Assembly (NCBI GenBank): GCA_049700835.1
Contig: JBNAUL010000001.1
Location: 182,043-246,042 of the forward strand
Source: Candidatus Woesearchaeota archaeon
GTDB taxonomy: Archaea > Nanobdellota > Nanobdellia > Woesearchaeales > WAPY01
Length of the DNA: 64,000 bases
Direction of reading: 5' to 3'
Shown here in pieces: positions 10,154 to 19,857 of this stretch. Below the pieces are notes generated by a model that saw only the letters and a program-made list of their open reading frames with translations, had not been told where the DNA came from and made no database searches. A program made the translations under genes and the position numbers. The number at the start of each line of letters is the position of its first letter. The stretch's first letter is position 1.

Positions 10154-11473
10154 TCAAAACACGCTCTTTTTCTTATGTATTGCAACTGGAGAAGAACCTC
10201 CATGCCAGCTTACTCTTGGACGAACCCTTATTGGAAACATTCTCTCGTTTGTATCGTCAAACACAACAGCAGCACCCTGCACCCTTGGAAGCTCGTTTAT
10301 GTATTTGTCAAGAGAGCCGCGCATGTAGCTTTGCATCAAAAGCCCTAAAGCATCAATATCTATCTTTGCTGTCAACCTGTGGCTTATCACAGTATCTGCT
10401 TGGGTCATTACATCAGTGTGTATCTTTCCAGGCTGTTGGGATGCAAGTATTAAAGAGATTCCTGGCTGCCTTCCTTCTCTCAATATCGTGATAAGAGGAT
10501 CAGATGCAACTGTTTTTTCATCCTTTGGTAAAAATTCATGCGCTTCATCAATAACAAGCCAAACCAATGGAAATTCCTGTTTTTCAGATTCCTCTGTTGT
10601 TAAAAAATTCAGATTTCTATGAAGTTCTTGAAATTCTTCTTTTCTTCTTTCTATCATTCTTTCAACAAACAATTTCTGAGCAACCAAACCAATAACTAAC
10701 GCCCTTATGTTTTGGCTTCCAGGAGTTGTTACATAACAGCTAACATCTAAAACACTGACTTGGCCTGGAATTACAAGATCGCTAAGCTTTGTACCTTGCT
10801 TGTCAAACAAACCCCAGCTAAGAGATTCTAAAAAGTGATTTTCAGCAGAAGATTTTATCCTTTGGTCTGATTTTTGGTCTTCTTCTATTCTGTCAATGAT
10901 GTCTTGTATTGAGAAATCTTCCTGCTCTATTTTTAACTTTGAAACTATCCTTGCAATCAAAATTCCTACCTCGCTTTCAGGGTCTATGTTCAATGTTCTG
11001 CACCAGTCAAGCGGAGTAAGTTCAGAAGGTTTAATTGAGAATGCAGCATCTGTTGGAATGCCCTTTTCCTTGAACTCGTTGTAGAACCCCTTTGGAGTAT
11101 ATATTTTTACATTCAAGCCTTTTGGCTTTAAATTCCATTCCTTAAGAAGTTCAGATTCTCTCTCATTAGGATATTTCATGGTCCAATAAATTCCCATTGT
11201 GTCAAGCATGACAACAGCCAAATTGGAACTAACCTCTTCAGGCATGTCTGCTATTGCCTCTGCAATCACTCCCATCGTATAACTCTTCCCAGAACCTCTT
11301 TTGCCACAGATGAATACAACATGGCTTCTAGCAACATCAAGGTAAACTGGATTTGACAAACTGCTTGTTTGCCCCATCTTGACATATTGCTTTCCTATGA
11401 GAACAGTTCCTGAATTTCCAAACCTTTTAACATCCTCAGGATCCCTTCCAATGATTATGTCATACATTTTCAA
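10154..11473 (-). CDS. HerA/DUF87-like P-loop ATPase
   Basis: Walker A GKRGSGKS, Walker B IDEAHEF, REGRQPG arginine finger, ASQQP. Confidence 0.88.
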   Translation of the reverse strand: MKMYDIIIGRDPEDVKRFGNSGTVLIGKQYVKMGQTSSLSNPVYLDVARSHVVFICGKRGSGKSYTMGVIAEAIADMPEEVSSNLAVVMLDTMGIYWTMKYPNERESELLKEWNLKPKGLNVKIYTPKGFYNEFKEKGIPTDAAFSIKPSELTPLDWCRTLNIDPESEVGILIARIVSKLKIEQEDFSIQDIIDRIEEDQKSDQRIKSSAENHFLESLSWGLFDKQGTKLSDLVIPGQVSVLDVSCYVTTPGSQNIRALVIGLVAQKLFVERMIERRKEEFQELHRNLNFLTTEESEKQEFPLVWLVIDEAHEFLPKDEKTVASDPLITILREGRQPGISLILASQQPGKIHTDVMTQADTVISHRLTAKIDIDALGLLMQSYMRGSLDKYINELPRVQGAAVVFDDTNERMFPIRVRPRVSWHGGSSPVAIHKKKSVF

Positions 11474-11794
11474 TTAAATTGATTTTGTTATCTTATTATT
11501 TTTGTTTTTTTCTTTCATCTTTCTTTTTATTTTTTTCAGAATGTCCTCTTTTTCAATTTTCTTGGCAATCTTTTCAATTTCTTCTTGTTCCTTTTCCAAT
11601 CCGATTTTATCTGCAAGTTCTATCGGAGCATAAGCCATTGAAATTAAAGAGGAGATAAACATTATAGCAAACAATATCAAAAATGCCATTCCCCAATCAG
11701 GATAATCAGGGATTATGAAAATCGCTGAAATAATCATTCCAAGAATTGATGCTGCCATAAAACTTGCTTTCAAAGGAGCGATTTTAAACTCCAT
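11474..11794 (-). CDS. Small two-TM membrane protein with basic tail
   Basis: Two hydrophobic helices; abuts HerA gene; GAGGTGG SD before ATG 11794. Confidence 0.75.
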   Translation of the reverse strand: MEFKIAPLKASFMAASILGMIISAIFIIPDYPDWGMAFLILFAIMFISSLISMAYAPIELADKIGLEKEQEEIEKIAKKIEKEDILKKIKRKMKEKNKNNKITKSI

Positions 11795-11884
11795 TACTAC
11801 CACCTCTTTTTGCAAACTTTTATTTTTTATATTTTTATCTTTTATTTTTATCTGCTTAAATAATTTGCTCTTTAAAATTTAATC

Positions 11885-12970
11885 TTATTCGAACCTTAAT
11901 ATTTTTGCATTACCAATTTCTTCTTTGGCTTTGATGAACTTTTCGTTCAAGGAATCAAAAAACCTGCCCATTAACTCGCAAGCGTTTTTCTTGCATTCGC
12001 CGCAAAGGATTTTCCCTGTTTTGCATTCATCATAAACCTTGCTCAACTGTTTATCATCCTCTATGAGGTGCTGCTTGTAAAGCTCAAACACCATGCAATT
12101 TTCAGGAATTCCGCCATTTTTCCTTTGTTCCTCAACATCTTTTCTTCCGCCGGTCAATGCGCTCATAATCTTCCTGCAGGCAGAATTCTTGTCCTCTGGC
12201 AAAAATATTGCAGAGTTTGGATTTGATTTTGACATCTTTAAGCTTCCGTCAAGAGATGGAACAAACTTATTGTATATAGAACTTGGAGTGAAGAATTTGT
12301 AATCTTTAGATCTTGCTACAATATCTCTTGTTAATCTTATATGGGGGTCTTGGTCAACTCCTACAGGAATTATTCCAGGCATTCTCTTTATTGTTTGAGG
12401 AAAGAGTATGTCTGCTGATTGAGTTAAAGCTGCAAATATTCTTGATGGCTCTGAATTGCCGTATATTGCTCTATATTCGTTCAGGGTAACTTTTGAGGAG
12501 AAAGCATAACTCAGATGCATCACATTCTTATTCTCTGATTGAAAATAGAATGTTGTCTTTTTGATGTCAAGACCCAAAGCCAAGTATATGGGGATATGAA
12601 AATCAAGAGCTCTCTTCTTTGATTCTTCCAAGCTTATGTTTCTTGTGCAAAGTGCTTCCAAATCAGCAATGCAGACATAAGTTTGAGCATTGTTCTTTTG
12701 AAAATAGGAAATCATGTCAATGACGCTCTTTGTTCCGAAGTGAATTTTTTCAGAAGAAGTCATTATTCCGCTGAGCACATAGTAGTCCTTTTTCTGCTTT
12801 ATGCATTCAGAAATAATCTTTAAACCTCTGCCAGCATAGATTATGCTTCTTCTCATTAAATGATTAGGATTTGGAAATTCATTCACATTGAATTTTTCAA
12901 ATCCAAACTTGTTTATTATTTCTTGGTAGTCCTTTGGCAATTCATCGCTCCAAGGATTAATGTTTTTCAT
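11885..12970 (-). CDS. trpS: Tryptophan--tRNA ligase (archaeal type)
   Basis: INPW, HFGT HIGH-like motif, QSADIL, PVGVDQDPHIRLTRD, KMSKS, TGGR, CGECK. Confidence 0.95.
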   Translation of the reverse strand: MKNINPWSDELPKDYQEIINKFGFEKFNVNEFPNPNHLMRRSIIYAGRGLKIISECIKQKKDYYVLSGIMTSSEKIHFGTKSVIDMISYFQKNNAQTYVCIADLEALCTRNISLEESKKRALDFHIPIYLALGLDIKKTTFYFQSENKNVMHLSYAFSSKVTLNEYRAIYGNSEPSRIFAALTQSADILFPQTIKRMPGIIPVGVDQDPHIRLTRDIVARSKDYKFFTPSSIYNKFVPSLDGSLKMSKSNPNSAIFLPEDKNSACRKIMSALTGGRKDVEEQRKNGGIPENCMVFELYKQHLIEDDKQLSKVYDECKTGKILCGECKKNACELMGRFFDSLNEKFIKAKEEIGNAKILRFE

Positions 12971-13080
12971 AAAATCCTAAAATAATTATTGATTATATAA
13001 AAATTTCTCTTTTAACTAATTTTTTAATTAAGTTTGAGTTTATAGAAAAATATAAATACAAATAAAAAAACATTGCTGTT

Positions 13081-13341
13081 ATGAATTTTATAACATTGAT
13101 AGGATTTTTTGCAGGCATATGCTCAACATCTGCTTTTGTTCCACAAGCGATTAAAACAATAAGGACAAAGAGTGCTAAGGACTTGTCATTCGAAACTTAT
13201 TTGCTGATAAACTTAGGGCTTTTGCTGTGGTTGATTTACGGAATTTTATTGAAGGAATTGCCTATAATCTTAGCTAATGGAATTGCTTTTGTTTTTGCAA
13301 TCATTATTCTCTTTCTCATAATAAAATACAAAAAGGTTTAG
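13081..13341 (+). CDS. SemiSWEET / PQ-loop transporter
   Basis: 86 aa, three TMs, AFVPQ, SAKDLS, WLIYG, PIILAN. Confidence 0.9.
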   Translation: MNFITLIGFFAGICSTSAFVPQAIKTIRTKSAKDLSFETYLLINLGLLLWLIYGILLKELPIILANGIAFVFAIIILFLIIKYKKV

Positions 13342-13500
13342 AATCCTGCTAAACTTCAATGTACTGATAGAATATTTTAACAATACTTCAGCAAGAGCAA
13401 ATTTTAAAATTTCTGTAAATTTTTTGGACTTTGAATAAAGGAATCTGCTCGCGCAAGATTTATCAATTTTATGATAATCCCATAATAATCAAAAAGCAGA

Positions 13501-13796
13501 ATGGAAGCAATAATACACGATCCAAAGAATTTTAAATTGCTGAAGAAAAAGATAAAAATGGATTAGCCTGAGAAGCTTCACATAATGCTGATTTTGACAA
13601 GATGCTACTTATAAATATGTTGATAGAAGACACATAGATTAAATGGTTTGATTATGAAAATTTGCTCAGGATAGGTTTTTTGAACAATGAAATGAAAGAA
13701 TTTGGTGGAAGCTATAAAAAGAATTTTGATGTTGTTTTAGCAGGAAATAGAGATTTTTATTATGTCAAAGATTTGGTTAGGGAACTAATCTCGTAG
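13501..13796 (+). pseudogene. Remnant of pyrimidine 5'-nucleotidase (cN-III/UMPH-1-like HAD)
   Basis: Manual translation gives MEAIIHDPKNFKLLKKKIKMD*PEKLHI/ADFDK then *IKWFDYENLLRIGFLN...YKKNFDVVL...YVKDLVRELIS*. Two stops, one frameshift, middle of the protein missing. Confidence 0.7.
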
Positions 13797-13894
13797 CATC
13801 AAAAATTTATTATTTTGCTCTTTTATTTTTTATGCTTTTCAACGCTTTCAAAATTAGCAATATTTAAAAACAACAGCGCAAACTTATTTTTTTT

Positions 13895-14866
13895 ATGAAA
13901 CACAACCTAAAGATAACTGCCCTTGTAATACTCTTTTTTTTATTATCTCAGGCAATTGGTTTAGGAGTATTAATGAAGTATGTAGATTACAAAAAAACAA
14001 AAGAAACAGGACAAATCTCTTGGAAAGACCTTCCTTATGAAATTGAAAGGCCAAAGGTTCAAGAATCAACATCGTTTATTTACATCTTTGCTGCAATCAT
14101 TATTGGCACAATACTGCTCTTAGGTTTAATAAGAACAAGAGTTAAGTTTTTCTGGAAGCTGTGGTTTTTCTTGGCGGTTATGAGCTGTTTGGCAATTTCA
14201 TTCAGCGCTTTTATTCCAGCAGGAATAGCATTTTTATTAGCAACTATGCTTGCGTTCTGGAAAATAATAAAGCCAAACTTCTATGTTCATAACCTTACAG
14301 AATTATTCATTTATGGGGGGATAGCAGCAGTCTTTGTTCCAGTAATGAATGTTTTCTCAGCATCCTTGCTTTTGATAATCATTTCAATATACGATTTTAT
14401 AGCTGTCTACAAGATAAAACACATGGTTACATTGGCAAAGTTTCAGAGTTCAGAAAATGTTTTTGCAGGTTTGTATATGCCTTACTCAAAAAAGGAATCA
14501 AAACTTATAACATCTTTAAAGAGAAGACATGGATTAGAAGATAAAAGCTTTGAAACAAGAAAAGAGAAGGAGAATGAGAATAGAAAATCAAACCTTAAAG
14601 CAAGAACAAGGAATGACTTTGAGATAGCAATACTTGGAGGAGGCGACATTGCCTTGCCCCTAATTTTTACAGGAGTAATACTGAAAACTTACGGGCTCTT
14701 AAGTTCTTTCACTATAATTTTATTTTCTACGCTTGCACTGACATATCTATTGTTTAAATCAGAAAAGAAAAAATTTTATCCTGCGATGCCATTCATAACA
14801 ACGGGGTGCTTCATAGGTTATATCTCGATTTTGCTGCTGAAAAATCTTTTTATTGCTTTAATTTGA
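13895..14866 (+). CDS. Presenilin/SPP-family (GxGD) intramembrane aspartyl protease
   Basis: Multi-TM; YD (IYDFIAV), LGGGD and PAL-like PAMP motifs. Confidence 0.9.
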   Translation: MKHNLKITALVILFFLLSQAIGLGVLMKYVDYKKTKETGQISWKDLPYEIERPKVQESTSFIYIFAAIIIGTILLLGLIRTRVKFFWKLWFFLAVMSCLAISFSAFIPAGIAFLLATMLAFWKIIKPNFYVHNLTELFIYGGIAAVFVPVMNVFSASLLLIIISIYDFIAVYKIKHMVTLAKFQSSENVFAGLYMPYSKKESKLITSLKRRHGLEDKSFETRKEKENENRKSNLKARTRNDFEIAILGGGDIALPLIFTGVILKTYGLLSSFTIILFSTLALTYLLFKSEKKKFYPAMPFITTGCFIGYISILLLKNLFIALI

Positions 14867-15163
14867 ATTTTTAACAAACTCTTTAATAGCATTCATTAAG
14901 TCATCGATGCAGAAACCGATTAGTTTTATGTTGTTCTTGTTTATAAACTCGTTAAGATTATTCTTTAAGGCAGTCAAATCATCTTCTTCTAATCTTGCAT
15001 TTTTAATCAAGTTTTCAATTTCAAATATTGAATTCTCAGGATGAATGAAAAAATCGCCTGTTATCTTTATGTCTTTGATTATGCTTTTATTTGCGCTATC
15101 CAAGATTGCTTCTATCCTAATCAATTTTCCATTTGTAACCTTATAATCAACCTCTTTTCTCAT
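14858..15163 (-). CDS. Lipoate-protein ligase C-terminal subunit (LplA-C/LplB)
   Basis: KVTNGKLI, IKITGDFFIHPE; directly downstream of LplA-N. Confidence 0.85.
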   Translation of the reverse strand: MRKEVDYKVTNGKLIRIEAILDSANKSIIKDIKITGDFFIHPENSIFEIENLIKNARLEEDDLTALKNNLNEFINKNNIKLIGFCIDDLMNAIKEFVKNSN

Positions 15164-15168
15164 TTTGC

Positions 15169-15954
15169 TTATCTTAAAAAATTCCATTCTCTTGAAGAAT
15201 ATTTTTCCTTGAAAAGTTTTTTGCTAAGTTTTGTTTCAAAATCAGTTAATTCTTGTTCTTCAAACTCAACATTAAAAGCATCCTTAAAACCGTGTATTAA
15301 ATTTTGTCTTATTGTTTCAATATTTAATTCTGTATTCATTATTTTATTTAAGCCAATCACTCTTTCTTCTGCAGAACTTATTAGTTTATCTCTAATCTTT
15401 TCATTAGGAACTTTCAACAAGGAAAACATTTTCTTAGCATCAACATCCAACAATAAAGTTCCGTGCTGCATTATGATGTTTTCTCTCCTTGTCTGAGCAT
15501 TCCCAGAAATCTTTTTGTTGTTAACAACAATATCGTTTATTGGTTTGAAATCAGCATTTACTCCTAAAAAACCAAGCCCTTTTATTATTCCATTACAAAT
15601 TATTCTGTATGATTCAAGAATATCAGTTGAAGCGTCTTGCTCTGATAAGACGATTGAATAGGTTATTTCTCTATCATGAAAAACAGCACCCCCTCCTGTT
15701 ATTCTTCTAACAATATCTATTCCAAAATTATTTGCTCTTTCAATATCAACTTCTTTTTCAATGCCCTGAAAATAACCTATTGAAACGCACTTTGGGCTCC
15801 AAGAATAAAATCTTAGAGTGTTTGGAACAACGCCTTTAATCCTTGCAGTTAAGATTGCTTCATCAATCGCCATCTGCATAAAACCATTATCCTCGTTAAA
15901 TCCTATCAATCTCCAAACTTCCTTGTTTTCTTTTTTACCCATATTTTTACCCAT
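15169..15954 (-). CDS. lplA: Lipoate-protein ligase / octanoyltransferase catalytic subunit
   Basis: MAIDEA, RRITGGGAVFHD, KKISGNAQ, QHGT; start codon uncertain. Confidence 0.92.
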   Translation of the reverse strand: MGKNMGKKENKEVWRLIGFNEDNGFMQMAIDEAILTARIKGVVPNTLRFYSWSPKCVSIGYFQGIEKEVDIERANNFGIDIVRRITGGGAVFHDREITYSIVLSEQDASTDILESYRIICNGIIKGLGFLGVNADFKPINDIVVNNKKISGNAQTRRENIIMQHGTLLLDVDAKKMFSLLKVPNEKIRDKLISSAEERVIGLNKIMNTELNIETIRQNLIHGFKDAFNVEFEEQELTDFETKLSKKLFKEKYSSREWNFLR

Positions 15955-16798
15955 ACATTTCACCAGCCATATAAGAACTTCTTACAAAGAAACCTGAAAA
16001 TACCTTCTTGAAACCAACTTTCTCAGCAAACCTTTTTATTTCCTCAAACTCTTTCTTAGAATAATACCTTTTAACACTAAAATGTTTTTTACTTGGTTGC
16101 AAGTATTGTCCAACAGTAAGGATATCGCATTCTGCATTGTACAAATCAATTATTGTTTTGAAAATCTGTTTTTTATTTTCGCCAAAACCAAGCATGAAAC
16201 CTGATTTTGTTGTTATCTTTGGATTTAATTCTTTGATTTTTTTTAGCAGTTTTAAAGATAAATCGTAGTTTCCCTTAGGCCTTAATATTTTGAACAATTC
16301 CTGAACAACTTCAATATTGTGGTTAACAACATCAGGATTTGAATTGAGCACTTCTTTCAAAGCATTCCAATTTCCTCTTAAGTCAGGAATTAGAAGTTCT
16401 ATCCTGCAATTAGGGTTTATACTTCTTATTTCTCTAACAGTTCTTGCGAACTGCCCTGCGCCACTATCCTTTAAATCGTCTCTTGTTACAGAAGTTATGA
16501 CGGCATGCTCTATTCTCAATCTTTTTATTGCAAGAGCAATTCTTCTTGGTTCTCCTAAATCAATTTTTTTTGGCACGCCCTTTTTTACATTACAGTACAA
16601 GCAATTCCTAGTGCAAACATCTCCTAAGATCAAGAAAGTTGCGGTCTTCTTTGACAAGCATTCGTAACGATTTGGGCAATTGGCTTCAAAGCAAATTGTG
16701 TTTAATTCAAAAGATTCAATTAATTTTTTTGTTTTTAAATAAGCTTTTTTATTGTAATTCTTTATTTTTGGAAATAATCTTTTTTTATTTTTTTTCAT
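15947..16798 (-). CDS. lipA: Lipoyl synthase
   Basis: CX4CX5C (CFEANCPNRYEC), CX3CX2C (CTRNCLYC), TSVTRDDL, GQYLQP, RSSY. Confidence 0.96.
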   Translation of the reverse strand: MKKNKKRLFPKIKNYNKKAYLKTKKLIESFELNTICFEANCPNRYECLSKKTATFLILGDVCTRNCLYCNVKKGVPKKIDLGEPRRIALAIKRLRIEHAVITSVTRDDLKDSGAGQFARTVREIRSINPNCRIELLIPDLRGNWNALKEVLNSNPDVVNHNIEVVQELFKILRPKGNYDLSLKLLKKIKELNPKITTKSGFMLGFGENKKQIFKTIIDLYNAECDILTVGQYLQPSKKHFSVKRYYSKKEFEEIKRFAEKVGFKKVFSGFFVRSSYMAGEMYG

Positions 16799-16913
16799 AA
16801 TAAACAAACCATTTTTTATGAATATTAATGGCTTAGAGCAATTTTAAGCTTGCTAAGCTTATTTAAATATTTTGATGATTTCGCTTTAGTTGGTATTCGA
16901 TCAGGAGAAAAAT

Positions 16914-17723
16914 TTACTGATAATTTATTATCTTTGTTTGCATGTGATTTGGAGCATACTCGTCAAGATTAATGCTCATTCCGTCCTTTGCAGCCATTAC
17001 ATTCGTAGAGGTTTTCTTTGCAATGTTTCTTGCTTCTGTCAACGGGTTTTCCTTTAGCATTTCTATTCCGAAATGAGTTATTATTGCAAGATTAGGCCTT
17101 ATGCTTTCAATTATTCTGCACGCATCTTCAGAGTTTAGATTGCCTTTTTGTTTTATAGAATTTGGCTTGACAACATTTAGTATAAGCACATTGGCATCTG
17201 AATGTTCTGTTTCCAATTCCTTAAAATATTCTGTATCTGAGAGATACGAAACAATTATCTTTGGAGTTATTATCTTAAAACCGATGTTTTCTGTGGTGTG
17301 TTTTGTCTTTGTTGCAATTATTTCAATATCATCAATTCCAACCTTTCTTCCAGGCTCTAAAACCATGTACTTTATCAAAGATTCCTTGTGAAAATTTGTG
17401 AGAACAGGTTTTTCATTATCAGAACCGTTTATCACAGAATTGGTGCTTATCAAGTAGCCCTTCTTATCTATTCCACCAAGGGTTAGAGCGTCTATAAGTG
17501 CGTTTAAATCATTGCAATGGTTCAAATGATTATGACTAACTAATATGAAATTGGATTTTAAGACATCAATCCCATTCTGAGAAGCCCTTGCCAATGCGCC
17601 TGGCCCAGGATCTAAGTGAAATTGGTAGTTACCTATTTTTAAGACAATGCCTCCTGAAGCCCTCAACTGTTTTCCAAAAACAACAGAATCTCCTGCTGTT
17701 CCAAGAAAAATTAGTTGAACCAT
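16914..17723 (-). CDS. MBL-fold metallo-hydrolase
   Basis: FLGTAG, DPGPG, SHNHLNHCND, SDT, THFG. Confidence 0.88.
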   Translation of the reverse strand: MVQLIFLGTAGDSVVFGKQLRASGGIVLKIGNYQFHLDPGPGALARASQNGIDVLKSNFILVSHNHLNHCNDLNALIDALTLGGIDKKGYLISTNSVINGSDNEKPVLTNFHKESLIKYMVLEPGRKVGIDDIEIIATKTKHTTENIGFKIITPKIIVSYLSDTEYFKELETEHSDANVLILNVVKPNSIKQKGNLNSEDACRIIESIRPNLAIITHFGIEMLKENPLTEARNIAKKTSTNVMAAKDGMSINLDEYAPNHMQTKIINYQ

Positions 17724-17828
17724 ATTAGATAAAAAAGTTCTTGCGTTTTTTAAATTTTTCTCAATTTTTTTTCAAAGTTTCGCAAATTTTTAAATATTAG
17801 AAAATGTTCTTTCTCTATAGGGGAAATT

Positions 17829-18473
17829 ATGAATGTTGGATTTAATGAAAAAATAAAACTTTTAGCAATATTTTTTGCGTTTGTCTTCATTTCAGGCTGT
17901 TCGCATACAGATGCAGGAAAGGAATTTTTGGAAAATAACAAAACAAGCAGCAAAGCGCAAAACAAGAGCATATTGATGATAATAGCGCCAAAGGATTTCA
18001 GAGATGAAGAACTAAAAATTCCAAAAACAAATTTTGAGAGAAGCGGTATTAGGGTTTTTGTTGCGAGTTCAGAAGAAACATCTTATGGAATGCTTGGCTC
18101 AAGAATTAACAGGGATTTTTCCTTAGAAGAGGCTTTAAACAGGATTAATGAGTTTGACGCTGTTATTTTGGTTGGAGGTTCAGGAAGCGCTGTTTACTTT
18201 AACAATTCTTTAGTCAAAGAAATTGTTTTGAAGGCTTACGAGAGCAACAAATTAATAGGGGCAATATGCTTGGCTCCTGTAATACTCGCAAATGCAGGAA
18301 TCTTGGAAAACAGGAGCGCAACCGTTTTTGATCACGAATACATAAAGATAATTGAGGAAAAGGGAGCAGCATATTCTTCAGAAGATGTTGTTGTTGATGG
18401 CAACATAGTTACTGCGAACTCTCCAAATTCAGCTTTAAAATTTTCAGATGAAATAATAAAAAAATTAAAATAA
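17829..18473 (+). CDS. DJ-1/PfpI family protein with lipoprotein-type signal peptide
   Basis: FRDEEL, LVGGSG, AICLAP, DGNIVTA; N-terminal hydrophobic stretch ending ISGC. Confidence 0.88.
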   Translation: MNVGFNEKIKLLAIFFAFVFISGCSHTDAGKEFLENNKTSSKAQNKSILMIIAPKDFRDEELKIPKTNFERSGIRVFVASSEETSYGMLGSRINRDFSLEEALNRINEFDAVILVGGSGSAVYFNNSLVKEIVLKAYESNKLIGAICLAPVILANAGILENRSATVFDHEYIKIIEEKGAAYSSEDVVVDGNIVTANSPNSALKFSDEIIKKLK

Positions 18474-18505
18474 AAATAAAACAAAAAATAGATAGGTGAT
18501 GAGAA

Positions 18506-19150
18506 ATGAAAAAGTTTGATTACAAAGGAATAACAATTTCTTGGGAAGGGCATGCGTCTTTCAAAATAAAGAGCAAAGATAAAATTTTACAAATAGACCC
18601 CTTTCAATTGGAGAGCTTTGAAAAGGCAGATTTGATATTAATAACGCACGGGCACTACGATCATTGCAGTTTAACAGATTTGAGCAGAATAGTAAAGAAT
18701 GGAACAATAATTGTTGCTCCACCTGATTGCAGCAGCACATTATCAAAGCTTCAAGGAATAGAAATAAAACTCATACAACCACACCAAAAATTGCAAGTTT
18801 ATGATTTTAAGATAGAAGCAATACCTGCTTACAATGTTAATAAAACATTTCATAAAAAAACAAACAATTGGGTTGGTTACATAATAGAAGTTGACAGCAT
18901 AAGAATATACCACGCAGGGGATACTGACTTAATAGAAGAGATGAAAGGGTTAAAGAATATTGATATAGCATTGTTGCCTGTAGGAGGGACTTACACAATG
19001 GATGCTAAAGAAGCAGCAGAAGCAGCAAACATTATAAAACCGAAAATTGCAGTTCCAATGCACTACGATAAGATTGTTGGGGACAAAGATGATGCAATTT
19101 TATTTAAAAAATTTGCTCAGTGCGATGTAAGAATTTTATCTTCAGAATAG
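18506..19150 (+). CDS. MBL-fold metallo-hydrolase (UPF0173/UlaG-like)
   Basis: GHASF, IDPF, THGHYDH, YHAGDT, LPVGGTYTM, PMHY. Confidence 0.9.
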   Translation: MKKFDYKGITISWEGHASFKIKSKDKILQIDPFQLESFEKADLILITHGHYDHCSLTDLSRIVKNGTIIVAPPDCSSTLSKLQGIEIKLIQPHQKLQVYDFKIEAIPAYNVNKTFHKKTNNWVGYIIEVDSIRIYHAGDTDLIEEMKGLKNIDIALLPVGGTYTMDAKEAAEAANIIKPKIAVPMHYDKIVGDKDDAILFKKFAQCDVRILSSE

Positions 19151-19190
19151 TTGTCTTCAAACAGTTTAAGGAATTTAATGGAAAGGCAAG

Positions 19191-19640
19191 GTGGTTTTTC
19201 TGAGGTTGTGGAGCATTCATCCAAAGTACTTGGACAAAAAGGGCTTAGTTGCTTTGTGGAGAGAAGCTCTTCTTGCAAAAAAGGTTTTGGAAGGGAAAAC
19301 AAGAGGCTATAAAAATCATCCGCAACTAATAAGATTCAAGAGTTTTAAAAGTCCTATTTTGGCAATAAATTCTTACCTTTACTTTGTTTACTTGGAATCA
19401 AAGAAAAGGGGTTACAATTTCAACATCAATAAATTAAAGATTAGAACAACCAAGTATACGAAACTAATTCCTATAAACAGCGGGCAAGCGATTTTTGAGT
19501 TTAACCACCTTCTAAAAAAACTTTCAAATAGAGACAAATTTCTTTATGAAAAATTGAGAGATTTAAACAAAAGAAGATTGGCTTTGAATCCTGTTTTTTA
19601 CAAGGTTAAGGGCAATGACAAGGAATTTTGGGAAAGATAG
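19191..19640 (+). CDS. Pyrimidine dimer DNA glycosylase (T4 endonuclease V-like) family protein
   Basis: RLWSIHPKYLD.KGLVALWRE and GYKNHPQL motifs. Confidence 0.85.
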   Translation: MVFLRLWSIHPKYLDKKGLVALWREALLAKKVLEGKTRGYKNHPQLIRFKSFKSPILAINSYLYFVYLESKKRGYNFNINKLKIRTTKYTKLIPINSGQAIFEFNHLLKKLSNRDKFLYEKLRDLNKRRLALNPVFYKVKGNDKEFWER

Positions 19641-19744
19641 TTAAAGCACGCTTTTCTTTTATTTGTTTAATCGTTTTTTTAAATTCATAAAAATTAGAGA
19701 AAGATTTTTATATATATAAGTATTGTATCTACTTAAGGATAGAT

Positions 19745-19777
19745 AAAAAACGAAAGATTTATAAATTAAGTTGTTAT
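19745..19777 (+). promoter_or_regulatory. BRE + TATA promoter
   Basis: AAAAAACGAAAGATTTATAAA; 17 bp identical to 26024-26040. Confidence 0.65.
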
Positions 19778-19857
19778 CCCAAAGTAAAGACAAAAATGTT
19801 TTGTCAATAAAAGGTTACGATAAAATTTTTAATTAAAAATTTGCTTGGGGGTGCTTT

